DNA of 64,000 nt from Azolla caroliniana. Taxonomy: Eukaryota; Plantae; Polypodiophyta. The translations under genes and the position numbers were made by a program. Shown piece by piece: positions 15,327 through 29,000 of this stretch. Below the pieces are notes generated by a model. That model saw only the letters and a list, made by a program, of their open reading frames with translations, was not told the origin of the DNA and ran no database searches. Within the stretch, counting starts at the first letter, position 1; each line of letters opens with the position of its first letter. Location: contig JBHGNT010000003.1 in NCBI GenBank assembly GCA_043228905.1, positions 20,150,001 to 20,214,000 on the forward strand. Direction: 5' to 3'.

Positions 15327-15578
15327 TTCCCGTCCATATTTTGTGCATTCTATACTACAACCATGACTCATGAATTTATTCATCTATTTGAAATGGCATG
15401 GGTCCTCCTTGTTGATAATACAACAAGTTAGAAATAGTTTTTGTATACGAAGGAAAAACTTTATTGCAAAACATGTATACACCATCATCATATAAAATGG
15501 CTAACATTTGAATATGAAACAACTTCATTTCATCAAATATCTGGTCCTTTTTCTTATCACTTTGAATTCATTTTCCAG

Positions 15579-16460
15579 TGTCACGAAGTTACGCATGCAT
15601 GTGTGAAATCTGAGCAGAACCACCGAGGACTTGAACAAGACAGGATGGGTGACTCAAAGGCTCGTCAGAAGTGAAAGCTCCTAGGAGTTGAAAGATCGGT
15701 AGAGTCGAAGGTTCCTCAAAGTTGAAACATCATTAGAGTTGAAGGTTGTTCAAACTTGAAGGCTCGTTAGAGTTGAGGATAAGGCGGAGTTGAAGATAAA
15801 TCTGAGTTGATGGGAAGACAAAGTCGAAGGATCATTAGACTCAAAGGTTTTGTAAAGTCAAAGGTAAATAAGAGTTGATGTGTACAACAATGAGTTGAAC
15901 AATGATTAATGCATGATATTATGAATGAAACATGCATTTAGCCCAAAGAATATGTGATTAGGAAGAGATCTCATGATATTAAGTCCAAATATGCTAGGTT
16001 AAGAAATAAATTCTCATTATACAATAGGGATTACACATTTTGGGGTAAATGAATACAACAGTGGTAATTCGTCAAAATGAGCTAAGAACCCTATTATTCA
16101 AAATGAAGAAGAAAATGTAATCATAAGATCTCACCCTATTACTTCACGAGGAGATCCTTGAGTTTCGATGCAACCTCCCAACAACGACATCCATGTTGCC
16201 TCTTGTAAATGTTGGCCTTGCACACCCTCTTTATTCGCAACCCTAACTTTCTTGCTTCTGAATTCGCCCCTCTTCCCCTCTTGGTGCCTAATGCTAGCAA
16301 GAAGCATTGACAAGCTCTTAGCAATTGAGCTAAGACTTTATTATTATTTTTAAATGCAACTCGTTATTCGTCATTCATACTACCCCTCGACTTATCATTC
16401 AATCTTTTTGATATTCCTAGTTTAGCTTTGTTTTCTCTTATGCATTTCCCACATCACAAC
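15579..16460. mobile_element. Probable old solo LTR or LTR-like repeat with (GAGTTGAAG)-type subrepeats
   Basis: Begins TGTCACG and ends near ...CAACA. About 10 degenerate agagt(t/c)gaagg repeats at 15680-15900. No clear TSD. Confidence 0.3.
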
Positions 16461-17085
16461 ACTGAGACACCTTCATCTCATCCTTTTCTTATCAAGTTTG
16501 AATTCATTTGGCATTGAGGTCATTAATCAAGTTCGTTCTTAAAAATGAACCACAAACTTCCCATAATACAAGAACGAAAAAACACAACATTAACCAAATT
16601 GGATACTTAACTGTTTGGTGCATATCTCTATTAGTGTAACTCACACATCGGCACTTGAGAACATGATTGGGAAGTTGAACCAATAGGGAGCACTACAAGT
16701 ACAAAGCAAAGATTTTGAAAATGATCCCGACATTTATTATGATTTCTAAATATACATACTTGAAGATTTTGGTTCTTTCCCTAAGCTAAACAACTTGGGT
16801 GCGCCTCGGAAAGAGAAAAAATAAAGGGGATGAACTCGACCAACGGAATATGTGATCTATGTACTCACACAACCACCAAAGGGTATTTGAGGAGTTAATA
16901 AAAAGTATAGGGGCATTTTCGGAAGAATTAAAAGCCGACTGTATCTGGCTATTTTAAAGGGAGGATGATATGTACATATATAATTAGCTATACCTAAAAT
17001 GTAATTTTACATATGGTCGTGCGATGATTGCTTGCTTGCTAGATTGTTTTGTCATGCACAAAGTTGGCCTTGCTGTGTTAACGCC

Positions 17086-20000
17086 ATGGACGCTCTGGTC
17101 TCTGTGGCCTTCCAAGAGGTAGCAGCTGAAGGTCCACTTGGTAAGTAAGCTCTATTCTTCCTCTTAAAGGAAACAAAGCTTCTGTATATATGTTTGTATG
17201 TATATAATATAAAAATGCATACATATACAATATATATGTATGTGTCTGTGAGTATGCATGCACATGTGTATGCAAGATATGTTATCAAAGTATATGTCAC
17301 ACATAACATACGTATACAATTTACATGCATAGATAGACATAAACCATATGTGCATATATATACATAATATTAACGTAATATAGACTTATATAGACACACA
17401 CATAAAATTTTCATTCATATACATACAACATAGATGCTATATATTTTGTTATATGTGTTTATTTGCATAGACACACGTATACTATAGACTTACAATGTAC
17501 AGCATAGATATGCATAAAAGGTATATATATATATATATACGCACACACATATACTATAGAGTTACAATGTGCATGCATCGGTATACATAAAACATAGATG
17601 CACACACACACACACACATAATATGTACATACTATAGACTTACATATACGTGCTTTTGCATGTTGGATTCTCATACATATATGTGCATGTGTGCGTGGGG
17701 TTCTCATACATTGATCTTGATGAGCACGTTGAGATTATATATATGTATGATCTCAATAAATGTAAATGTATGTAGAAAGATAGAGATAAACAAAGAAAGC
17801 TATGATAAAATCTTTCAAGAGAGACCAAAATGGCATACAAAACCGAACAAGAGATCACATGTTAAAATGTTGTCTTGTCTTTGAGAAAACAAAACAAAAT
17901 AAATATAACAAAAGGTAGGATACTAAAGAATATAGTTAGCTAAGCATCTAAGGTTCTAAACTTAGAGAGATTGAAATTTCTGCCTTAGATCTCCAATATG
18001 GGCCATTCCTGGGTGAAGAGATCTCCGAAGCAAGGGAAGCAGTGACCTATCTTTGTTGATGACAAGCGTGATGGGGAAGTGGCCTTAATGGCGGTGGTCT
18101 GTGTCTGCGACACATGGCCTAATGTATTTAAACCCTTTTGAGTTTTCTGGTCAAGACCCCACTTATGTACAATCATTCACTTTTAACATGAGAAGTGATG
18201 GAAATAAAGAATGTCATGATCGAGCTTGTCGATGGTATCATTGATGTTATTGTTGATGGTGTTGTCCTTCAACAACTTCTCTCTATTTCTCTCTAGTTCA
18301 AGCAAGAAGAGTCCCAAACATAGTTTGTTTGGTATTCCATTAACTTGCGTAGTGGACGGAACCCTTGTTTGAAGAGGCAATGCTATTTCACTCATATTTC
18401 ATAAAAAATAAGACAAAGGCAAACATAATATTCTTCCAATTCCAAACCAATGTCACAAAAGACATATCTTTTCTTCCATAGATTTGCGTGCATATCTACC
18501 CCCTAATAAATCCATCTTGGGATGCGTGCAACAAGAGTGTCTTATAGCGAACCATCTTCCTACCAAGAGATGTTGTGGGGCTGATCCTTATTCTTTCATT
18601 TTCCAATTTGATAATATCAATCTGAATCACTCTATTCCGTTTTTCTATTTTGTTCATAATTAAGTGTGGACAATCCAAGCTATATTGGAATCGGGGAGTC
18701 CATTTATACTTTTCCATGTGATTGGATCCATTCTTGCACTTTAGCATTCCAACAATGATTATCTGCATGTTCAGCAAGCTGTTTCAATAACATAAGTACC
18801 AATATTGAGTACCTTTCCTTAGGAACATCCAATCTGAGGGATACTGGCCATATGCTTGGGCTCACTATTGGTGCTGCTCCCATCACTGCCCAAATTGTAT
18901 CATGCGGCAGTAATGCTTTGCTCCTTATTATGCAGGCAATCATCAAGATAAAAAGTTTTTTGATGTCCTATGGAAACATGGCTCCCAAATTATACTCCAT
19001 AGAGAACAGTGTATTGAACGAACACAATTTAGTTTGTGTTTCATGGAATTCTATACGAGCACATTGTCTTCAAGGGCATCAAGGGTTTCTGTAGGGAGAA
19101 TTGAGGCCTTGTGCATGCTATTAGGGTCTAGCATATGCCATGCCATCTTTTACTTTCCCTAGAAGGATCCTGGTTCTGTTCTTGTTTGTCACCTATGTGT
19201 GAGCAGTGTTAAACAGCATCACTTTAGTTTATTGGCATAGGGAGAACTGATGCCCTATGAAGCTACTCTCCCAAACATAGGGAATTGCCCCCTTTTGAGC
19301 GGTCTTTTTTCCTTTAGGTAGGCTGCCCATCTCCCATGTTTTGTTTTGCTCCAATGCCTTCATCTCAACATTCATCGCTTGCTTCCAATTCTCATCAGAT
19401 AATGCCTCAGACACATTTTTCGGTATAGTAATGCTATTCAAGCTCATAAGAAAGTATTTATGGGCTGGTGAAAATTTATGGAATGAAACATAATTAGAGA
19501 GAGGATATAATGGACGTTTAGTGCATTCTCTAGATCCTTTTCTAATAGCAATGGGTAAATTTAGATTATTGTTTGATTCAATTCTGAAGTAGTTACCTCG
19601 GGTCTAGGATTTGGATCTGAGTCATGGATGTTCATTGGTCTAGGAGCAAGGTTCTTTCTCCGCGAGTACACCTTGCCAAACCATGGATCGTCTTGATTTA
19701 TTGATTCCTCTTGGTTGGGTATTAGGGGTTCAGCAGTAGATTGAGGAGTAGGAAGATTAGTGGGAGTAGTAGATTGAGTAGGTTGAGAAGTTAATTTGGG
19801 ATCTAGAATAAGTGGTAGGCTGTTTGTACTAGTTAAAATTTCATCACTATTTTCTATAAATAATTCCTCCCCCTGAGCATGATTATTGTTGAAATATGAT
19901 GCATCCTCATTGAATGTTATATCTATAGAGACAAACTACTTTCTAGTTGGAGGGTGATAGCATTTATACCCCTTTTGTGTACAAGAATATCCTATAAATA

Positions 20001-23000
20001 TGCACTTTTGAGCTCAAGGATCTAACTTCCCTCTATTTGAGCTATGAATGTGGACAAAACATACACAACCAAATATTCTAGGAATAAGATGGTTCGTCGT
20101 TTTTACATCAGGAAAAAATTGATTAAGGGATTCTATTGGGCGTTTAAGTTCTAAGACATGTGTTGGTAGTTGATTTATTAGATAGGTAGATGTAAGGACT
20201 GCTTGCTCCCAATAAGCCCTAGGGACATGTTTGTGAAAGAGAATGGCTCGAGTCATATCTAGTACGTGTCTATTCTTCCTCTCTGCCAAACTGTTCTGTT
20301 GGGGTGTATTAATACATGAAGACTCATGGATTATCCCTTCGTGTTGGAAAAATTGTGCTAGTGTGATTAAAAAAGTCTCGTGCATTATCGGATCTGAATT
20401 TCTTAATTCCTACTCCAAATTGAGTGTTAACCATATTAAAGAAATTGGGAACAATATAACTCACATCTGATTTGTTTTTCATGAGAAATACCCATGTTAC
20501 TCTAGCACAATCATCAATAAAGGATATGAAAAATCAGGCTCCAGAGATATTAGGAATAGTGGATGGGCCTCATCCATCACTATGGACTAAATGAAATGGT
20601 GCTAGGCTTCTACTTTTACTGATTGGAAAGTTTGTTCTTTTATGCTTTGCATATTCACAGATATCACAATGAAATCGATCAACACTTAATCTAGTAAATA
20701 ATGTTGGAAATATAAACTTGAGAGTTCTAAATGAGACATGACCTAACCTATGGTGATGTAACCAAAATTTTCTTTCATGGTCGGATGGTTCTTTAACTAA
20801 GTAGAGAGACGTCATTTCATGGTTATGGCTTGGCAACTCGAGGTAATAGAGACAATTCTGCTCCTTAGCACGTCCAATCATCTTCCCTGAATCCTTCTCC
20901 TAAAATATACAATAGGTGTCGTTGAATGTGACTTGAAAACACAGATCATGAGTGAGTTTGTGAATAGATATCAAATTAGTAGATAATTTAGGAACATGAA
21001 GGACATTTTTCAAGGTGAGTGAGGAATTTATTTGAACATCTCCTATGCCTGCTACTGTAGTTAGTGTTCCATCTGCTGTGACAACTTTCCTAGTGCTAGG
21101 ACAAGGGGAATATGTGATAAATAACGAAGACTCAAAAGTCATGTGATTAGTTACCCCTGAATCAATGATCCAGGGCTTGTCATATGATGTGTCTGAGGCA
21201 TTAAGACTAATGGAATACGGAAGTATACCTGAATATATTGATGTATTTGTACCTGATGTTCGCCCTTCATCCTTTCCATTGTTGCATTCCTCTGATTTTC
21301 TCTTGCTTTCATCTAGCAGTGCAGCAACAATCATACGAGTTTAACTATTTCTCTGTTTGTTTCCATATTCCATATTTGTTGGTTTGCCATGTAGTTTCCA
21401 ACATTTTTCCCTTGTATGGCGTGGCTTCTTACAATAGCTACACACCAGATCATCCTTGTTTTGACTGTTTCTCCCATTTCCATTCCTTAATATCATTGCT
21501 GATCCGTTGGATACTTGTGAGGTGAGCATCCCAGTCCGCCTGCTTTCTTCAGCAAGGACAATAGATATGACTATGTCAAGAGCCGGGAGTGTTCCTTCAC
21601 AAAGGATCTGCACGCTGACTTGATCAAATTCTTGATTGATTCCAACGAGGAAATCATAGGTTCGATCACATTCAGTGATTTTCTTTAAGGTGGCAGCATC
21701 ATCCGTACACTTGATCTCTATCTGCCTATAGTGGTCCAATTCCTGCCACAAACCTTTTAATTCATTTGCATACTCGGTAACAGTCCTGTTACCTTGTTTT
21801 GCTGAAATAGCTCGCATTCTTAACTCATAGACATGTGCTGTATCACAAGCCTTTGAGTATGTTTGTTTAACTGCCTCCTACATCTTTTGTGCGGTGGACA
21901 ATGTTAAACAAGTATCACTTATCTCCGGTATCATTGAGTTCCACAGCCACACCATAATAAGTGAGCCTTCTTCATCTCATGCAACGAATTTGGGATCACC
22001 CGTGGCTTTGCTTCCCTTTTCCTTTTAGGAGTACTATCTGTGACCATTTGAAGTAGTTTTTCCATCGAGTCGATTTGCAGCTGGAATAGTTGGTAAGTCT
22101 CCTCCACCTAGTTGAAACATAGTAGTTTCGATTGTATGTCCACCAGGTATGCTGCTCGCATTGGATGTTTCAGACATCTTGAGAATTCAGTGATTGGAGG
22201 GGAAGGCAAGAAAAAAAACTCAGCTATGAAGGCTGAAAATAAAGAGATTCTTGGAAAAAAAGGTTCTCAGCTATGAAGCCAAATCACAGGAGATTCTTGT
22301 CTATGAAGAGAAACAATGAGTGCTTAAGAGAAGAAACAATGACAAGGAGATTCTCAGCTATGAGGGCTGATAACAAGGGAATTCTCAGCTAAGAAGGCTG
22401 ATGAAATAACAAGGATAGGAGTGTATGAGTTTGGAGTCAATCAAGGCCTAAGAGAGAGCAATGAAGGTTCTTCGCTCTGATACCATGTTAAATCGAATGA
22501 AAAAAGAAAGACTACCCTTATCTCTTACATAGGGAATTGCCCCCCTTTTATACAAGTGGTGAGTGTCTATTTTTAGAAACTGTTACACCAGAGATTGTTA
22601 CAACATTTAATATTTAAATACTTAAATATTAAACAATTTAATATTTAATCACTTTAGCTAAAACAGTACTCTGTAACAACTCTCATTACCCATGCTTGAG
22701 CGGTGTTAAGCACCATCACTTTAGTTTTATCAAGGTTGATCATAAAATCTTTACCTATCTAGAATAACTTTAACTCATTAGATGTCCTTGTATCTCATCC
22801 GAAAGTCAGAATCAACACGATGTCATCGGCATAAAGTAATATCTGTATGGCTATTTGTGTTAAGCATGACCTTTAACCACCCAATCTCTCTATGCAATTA
22901 GATATCTCATTTATATAAAAATTGAAGAGATTGGGTGAAATCGAGCTAGCCACGACTTGGTGACAAGGTGTGTACACTTTTCTCGACAATAATTCATATA

Positions 23001-26000
23001 GTCAATAGATTTCCTCTTGTATATCTAATAGAACTCCAAGGGCTTCTAGTTGCTACATGAGCCAAGCATGTGCTACAACATAGAAGGCTTTCTAGAAATC
23101 TACAAAGCAAAAAGAGCTTCTCCGTTAATGGTCTCTTGCTTCCTCAATAAGGGCTCAGGGGGTCGATATGTGATCAAAAGTTGTGAACCCATTTAAGAAA
23201 TCTGCATGCGTGGCTGACTGGCAGCCATGAGCCTGGGGCTGGCTTCGTGGACCATGATCTCACCACTCTTGTCATCAACAGATACATGCCACTACCTCTT
23301 GCCATCGCAGGTGCTTCCCTTGCTTTAGAGATTTCACCATTTTGGATGGACCTATGCTAGAGAAAGAAAGAAATATTAATGTCTTTTAAGACCAAGCAAG
23401 AGATTACATCTTAAGTGTTGTCTCGTCTTTGAGGACAAAAAAATCAAAATAAAATTAATATTACTAAGTAAATATAAAAGTAAATAAGATAGAAAGAGAC
23501 TAGATAATCTGGTTTTCGGCACATGTGAAAGATCTCTAGCATAGATCGATCCAAAATGGAGAGGTCTCCAAAGCAAGGGAAGGACCTGATATGGCGGAAG
23601 ATAATGGCCTTTATCTATCGATGACAGGGGCACTGAGGTCATGGTCCGTGAGGCTGGGGTCTACGTGCACAACAAATTGCTTTTGACTGATCTATTGTAA
23701 TCCCTTTGTTATGTCTTGGTCGGAACCCCATTTGTGTACATGCTGCATTAGTGGAGCGATGGGGCTGAAGAAAGTTGTGATTGTTCTTTGTGGATGAGCT
23801 TGTGTGGCTGTACTATTGTCCTTCAACAACTTTTCCTTATGTCTCTTGAGTTCTAGCCATTTGTGTACATGCTGCATTAGTGGAGCGATGGGGCTGAAGA
23901 AAGTTGTGATTGTTCTTTGTGGATGAGCTTGTGTGGCTGTACTATTGTCCTTCAACAACTTTTCCTTATGTCTCTTGAGTTCTAGCCATTTGTGTACATG
24001 CTGCATTAGTGGAGCGATGGGGCTGAAGAAAGTTGTGATTGTTCTTTGTGGATGAGCTTGTGTGGCTGTACTATTGTCCTTCAACAACTTTTCCTTATGT
24101 CTCTTGAGTTCTAGCCATTTGTGTACATGCTGCATTAGTGGAGCGATGGGGCTGAAGAAAGTTGTGATTGTTCTTTGTGGATGAGCTTGTGTGGCTGTAC
24201 TATTGTCCTTCAACAACTTTTCCTTATGTCTCTTGAGTTCTAGCCATTTGTGTACATGCTGCATTAGTGGAGCGATGGGGCTGAAGAAAGTTGTGATTGT
24301 TCTTTGTGGATGAGCTTGTGTGGCTGTACTATTGTCCTTCAACAACTTTTCCTTATGTCTCTTGAGTTCTAGCCATTTGTGTACATGCTGCATTAGTGGA
24401 GCGATGGGGCTGAAGAAAGTTGTGATTGTTCTTTGTGGATGAGCTTGTGTGGCTGTACTATTGTCCTTCAACAACTTTTCCTTATGTCTCTTGAGTTCTA
24501 GCCATTTGTGTACATGCTGCATTAGTGGAGCGATGGGGCTGAAGAAAGTTGTGATTGTTCTTTGTGGATGAGCTTGTGTGGCTGTACTATTGTCCTTCAA
24601 CAACTTTTCCTTATGTCTCTTGAGTTCTAGCAAGAAAAGAACTAGGCACCGTTAGTCGTCATATTCCATTACCTTGTGTAGTGGGCCAAATCCTTGTTTA
24701 AAGAGGCAATGGTATCTCCCTCTGATTTCATAAAAGAGACGTTAGTGACAAACATAGTGTTCTTCAGATTCCACCCCTTGATGACACAATTGGCAAATTC
24801 TTTCTTCTAGTGGTATTTGTGTATATCTTCTAGAGAGAGAGAGAGCACGAGAGATTATTGATTGCACGCCGATAATTGCAGGATGTTCTCTGAGAAATCT
24901 ATGGAAATGGCTGGAAAACTCTTGTAAATCTGCTGGATTTCCATTGGACACTCTAGTGAAGCAGGCTCTATGGAAGCTTCTCCTCCCATCTGGCTGCTTG
25001 ACCTATGAGGTGCCTGGCTCTGGTTGTGTGGACTCCACCGATGGGTCCATCCAAGATTTTATGGATGCTGAGAAACTGAATGTTAACATTATAGCGTCAG
25101 AGGATTTGCGTGAGAGCTTTCTCGGTGCATGTAATGTCAGACATTGTGATACAAAACTCTCGACTATACAACGATCAATCCTTGAACGGCTTGGACAAGC
25201 CAGGTATTCTCATCAGTCGCTTATTTTGGATCAGTGAGAAATGATTATGAAATGAAACGAGATCAGATAAGCTAAAGTGGGGTACATGTGAGCTGCATGA
25301 AATCAAATGAAAAGCAAGGTAAATGTTGTGTTAATTTTCACTGAAATGCCAAATTGATCTTTATGAGGCTGAAAGCTACATTCCCCTGTAACTTATACAG
25401 CGTTGTGGAAAAAAATGCAGAAAATAAACTGTACATAAACCAAGTAAGTAGCCCTAATCTCTGTGAGCAATGTACAATCATGTATGACCCATGGTAAAAG
25501 TTGTGAACATTGTAGGATGATGTCATGACCCAAATGAAAGCTTAGAAATTTCTTGAAACAGACATTTAGGGACATGCATTTTTTGTTTTGCCAGTAAAGA
25601 CTTTCAGATACTATACGATATATGCAAGTTTCATGTTTTGACAATTATTTTTTTAATCATGGTTCATCCTTGTCGATCTGCTATCTGATCCTCCATTCCA
25701 GCTTCTGCTCATTGGAACAAAATACCCCACCTTTTGTAGAGTTTGAATGATCCTCTCTTGATTGAACTTCAGTTGTGTTATCTTATCCGTCGCAAAGATA
25801 CCACTTTTACTTTGGTGTCAAAATTGTTAATCTTGACACAGGTTAATGGAAGGGTACTCATGCTTCTCTGAATTTTTTTAGTATGAATACAGATACAACC
25901 AACAAGTCATTTTGTTGCAATAAGTTTTTTTGGGGCTACAATTCATTACAATGTAATAGAAGAGGGCACTTCTTTCATCTTCAGTGCTTGTATTTTTTCT

Positions 26001-29000
26001 TCTTGAACATTCTATGCCTCTTAGGTACAGTACTCTAATACCATGTTAAAGAAAGGAACCCTATTGGAGAGACTCTTCAAAGTTACATGCTAACTGGAAC
26101 TTCATGATTCCAAGCAGTAATACGTCCTCCTCTTATCTTACAGGGGACCAGAAACCCTCCCAGTCATCAAACTCAGTGCCTCTGTCAATAGCTGAATGAT
26201 ATATAAGCCAACTTTGGTTCAGTTCTTGCAAAGGAATGAACCTTGCCCATACATAATACTTTCTCTCATATTGCTCAATGATGTAATCTCTTGTTATATC
26301 TTTCTTTCACAACTTTCTTTAGCCTTATCACTCCTACTTGTTTTTAGTTAGTAACATTTATTTATTTTGATTTGTTGTTCTCAAAGATGAGACAACACTT
26401 AAGATGTAATCCCTTGTTTGGTCTTATAGGCCATTTTGGATTCCTAAAAGATGTTAATATATCTTTTCTTTTTTTTCCTTTCTTTCTCAAATAGAACACA
26501 TTCCCAGGTTCTCTCACAAAAGAACTTCACAATTATACTGCAAAGAATTAATCATAACATATAACTTTACACCACATTCCCAGGCTCCCTTATTTCATCT
26601 TCTGAGCTTGTATCTTATTTTCTTGAATATTCTATTCCTCTTATCTCTCTGCACAGTTGGTCTGGCGTAGTGCTCTAATACCATGTTAGAGAAAAAACCT
26701 TATCGGAGAAACTTTTGGAAGTTAAATGCTAACTGAAACTTAGCATCACCTAACATGATTCTGCAGTAATAATTCCTTCTCTTCTTTACAGGAGATCAGG
26801 AACCCTCCCAGCCATCAAAATCAGTGCCTGTCTCAATATCTCAATGATATATAATCTAAAAAAGTTGAGGTTATCGCAATGTAATGGACCTCAACCGTAC
26901 ATATTTCTTTTGCTAAAAACGAACACACTCCAAGATTCCTTGACACAAGAACTTTACGAATATAATGTGAAGAACTAGTCATAAAACGTAACTTTACACC
27001 ATGTGTTTGACTAATATCCTGCAAATGCGTTGCATATCATCAATGTTTCTCAGCACATGAAGTCTTTGATCATGCAACTGAATCAATTTATTTTCATATG
27101 TCTTGGAAAACTGTATGAGAACCATAAAATTAACCAATTTGCAGATTAATATCAGATCTTGATGATGGGGAATTGAGTACTTGAGAAAATACAAAAGAAA
27201 TTTCCGTTTGAAGTGTAATTAATCCTTTCATTATGCACATTGTGAATACCAAAGAAATACCTTTCGAAGCGTAATTAATCCTTTCTTTGTGACATTATAT
27301 GAAAACCATATATCAAAGTTAGGTCCGCACGAAGTCCTGCTGTTTCCCTTAGTGTGCATCCATCTTACGGTCTTTTTGTGATCGGGAGTGTCTTTTACAG
27401 ATGTGTAATGTCACTGGTGCTTGTTTGTATATCAACATGCACGCACGCTGTTTTAATTTACTTTTTATTCTATAATTGATGGTTTTTTTCTCGTGTCTAT
27501 AATTGTTTTGATCTGTCTTTGGTTTTAGGGGATCTCCTTTTTTGTATATAGGGTCTAAAACTCTTTTTTTGGTCTTATATTTGGAAGTTCGATCATGCTA
27601 CAGAAAATAGTATGAATTGTGAAGTACAAAAACATGTGCAGTATGTTGGTCTCACAGCTACACAGTTCTTTTCTGGAAATGATGCATAAACATACGGTGT
27701 TTTGTCTTCTCTTGAGTTAAAGTAAGGGAGAATGAAAATCTCTTAGTTGAACTTAGTGCATTTTTAAGAATGTGATTGTGGAGACTGCCATAGTCATGCC
27801 TACCAAGGTAGTCTAAAAGTTTCAAAGCAGCATAGTGGGCCATTGTTCGATGGTCGGAATTTCTCTGCAAACACCATATAAGTCTGGTAGCAGAGAGAAC
27901 ATGAGCAAAATCTATCTGTCCAAATTATGATGATTTGAATAGGTTTGGAATGCAATAAATATTTTGTGTGAATACGTTCAATCGCCATCACGTATGTGAC
28001 TTCTATTTTTTGACATTCATGTCATGTTATTTGCATGAAGCTTTATTCTTGTTGTTGCTTTTGTGAAGTGATGATGCATTTCATATGCAGAGCAAATGGA
28101 GTAACACAATACGAGATTGGTAAAGAATTTGGCATCATTGGCAATAAGCTGTTCTATATAATAAAAAGCTTGGAATCACGGGGTTTGCTAGTGAGACATT
28201 CTTCTATATATAGGGGGGAACGCCCAATAGCTACAAATCTTATCCACCTTAAGAGGTTTTCCAAAAGTGTGAAACTTGGATTTCATCAACGGTTTGAAAT
28301 CTGCAGTGCTAGCAGAACAACATTTGATGATGATAATGATATTTCTGTTACTGAAGGAGAAGCAAATCAAGTGTGTAATCTGAAAGATACTCTTATTAAT
28401 GATGACTTGCCTTCACTAAAAGAGGCATGCAAGAAAATTGAAGAGGCAGATAATAAAGTATTAGTAATGTCAGACTTGAAAGTTAGCTTGGGCTATCGGT
28501 TTACACGTGGGCATCGTGAATGGCGAAGGGTAAATATCGTGCATTGTTATCCGTGTAACCTGTCTTTGAGCAAGTAATTGCTAACAGATGCTATTGGTGT
28601 TTTGCAGATACTCAACAGGTTGGTGATTGCCGGTTTAGTTGAGGTTTTCGATGCAAAAGTAGAAAAAAAGGTATTGCTCACATTTGTTTGGGCTAAACAA
28701 GCTTTTACTGTATGAATTCTGTTTCCCTTTGTCAATCTGCTCCCACTCTTTTATGTTTTAGTTAAGGAGATCGTGGATTTCCATTGTACAGGTGCGACCC
28801 TGTATACGTCTTCTGAAGCCCTTCGATGCAAAAGCCTTCTTTACTAAATCTAACACTCTGAATGGTGATGAAATGGGGTTTGACCTCAATTTCAAAGGTG
28901 CAAAGCGTGGTAAAGTTACAGAGCAAGTAGCTGAGCTTTCTATGAACCGCCAGATTTATGACACTATCAAGCAAGGTGGCTCAGATGGAGTGACAGTTAC

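Noticed and set aside
17052-17884. Several Tyr/Ile/Cys/His-rich ORFs
   Set aside because: Translations of TA/CA microsatellite sequence.
19190-22730. ~40-bp direct repeat flanking the copia read as a long TSD
   Set aside because: The copies are clearly diverged and both encode the LINE KTKVM motif, so they are two LINE copies; copia TSDs are about 5 bp.
23692-24633. 313-aa repeat-protein gene or CRISPR-like array
   Set aside because: Units are contiguous and identical with no spacers, the ORF starts at TTG, and the sequence is the LINE ORF C-terminus; it is a by-product of the 129-bp amplification.
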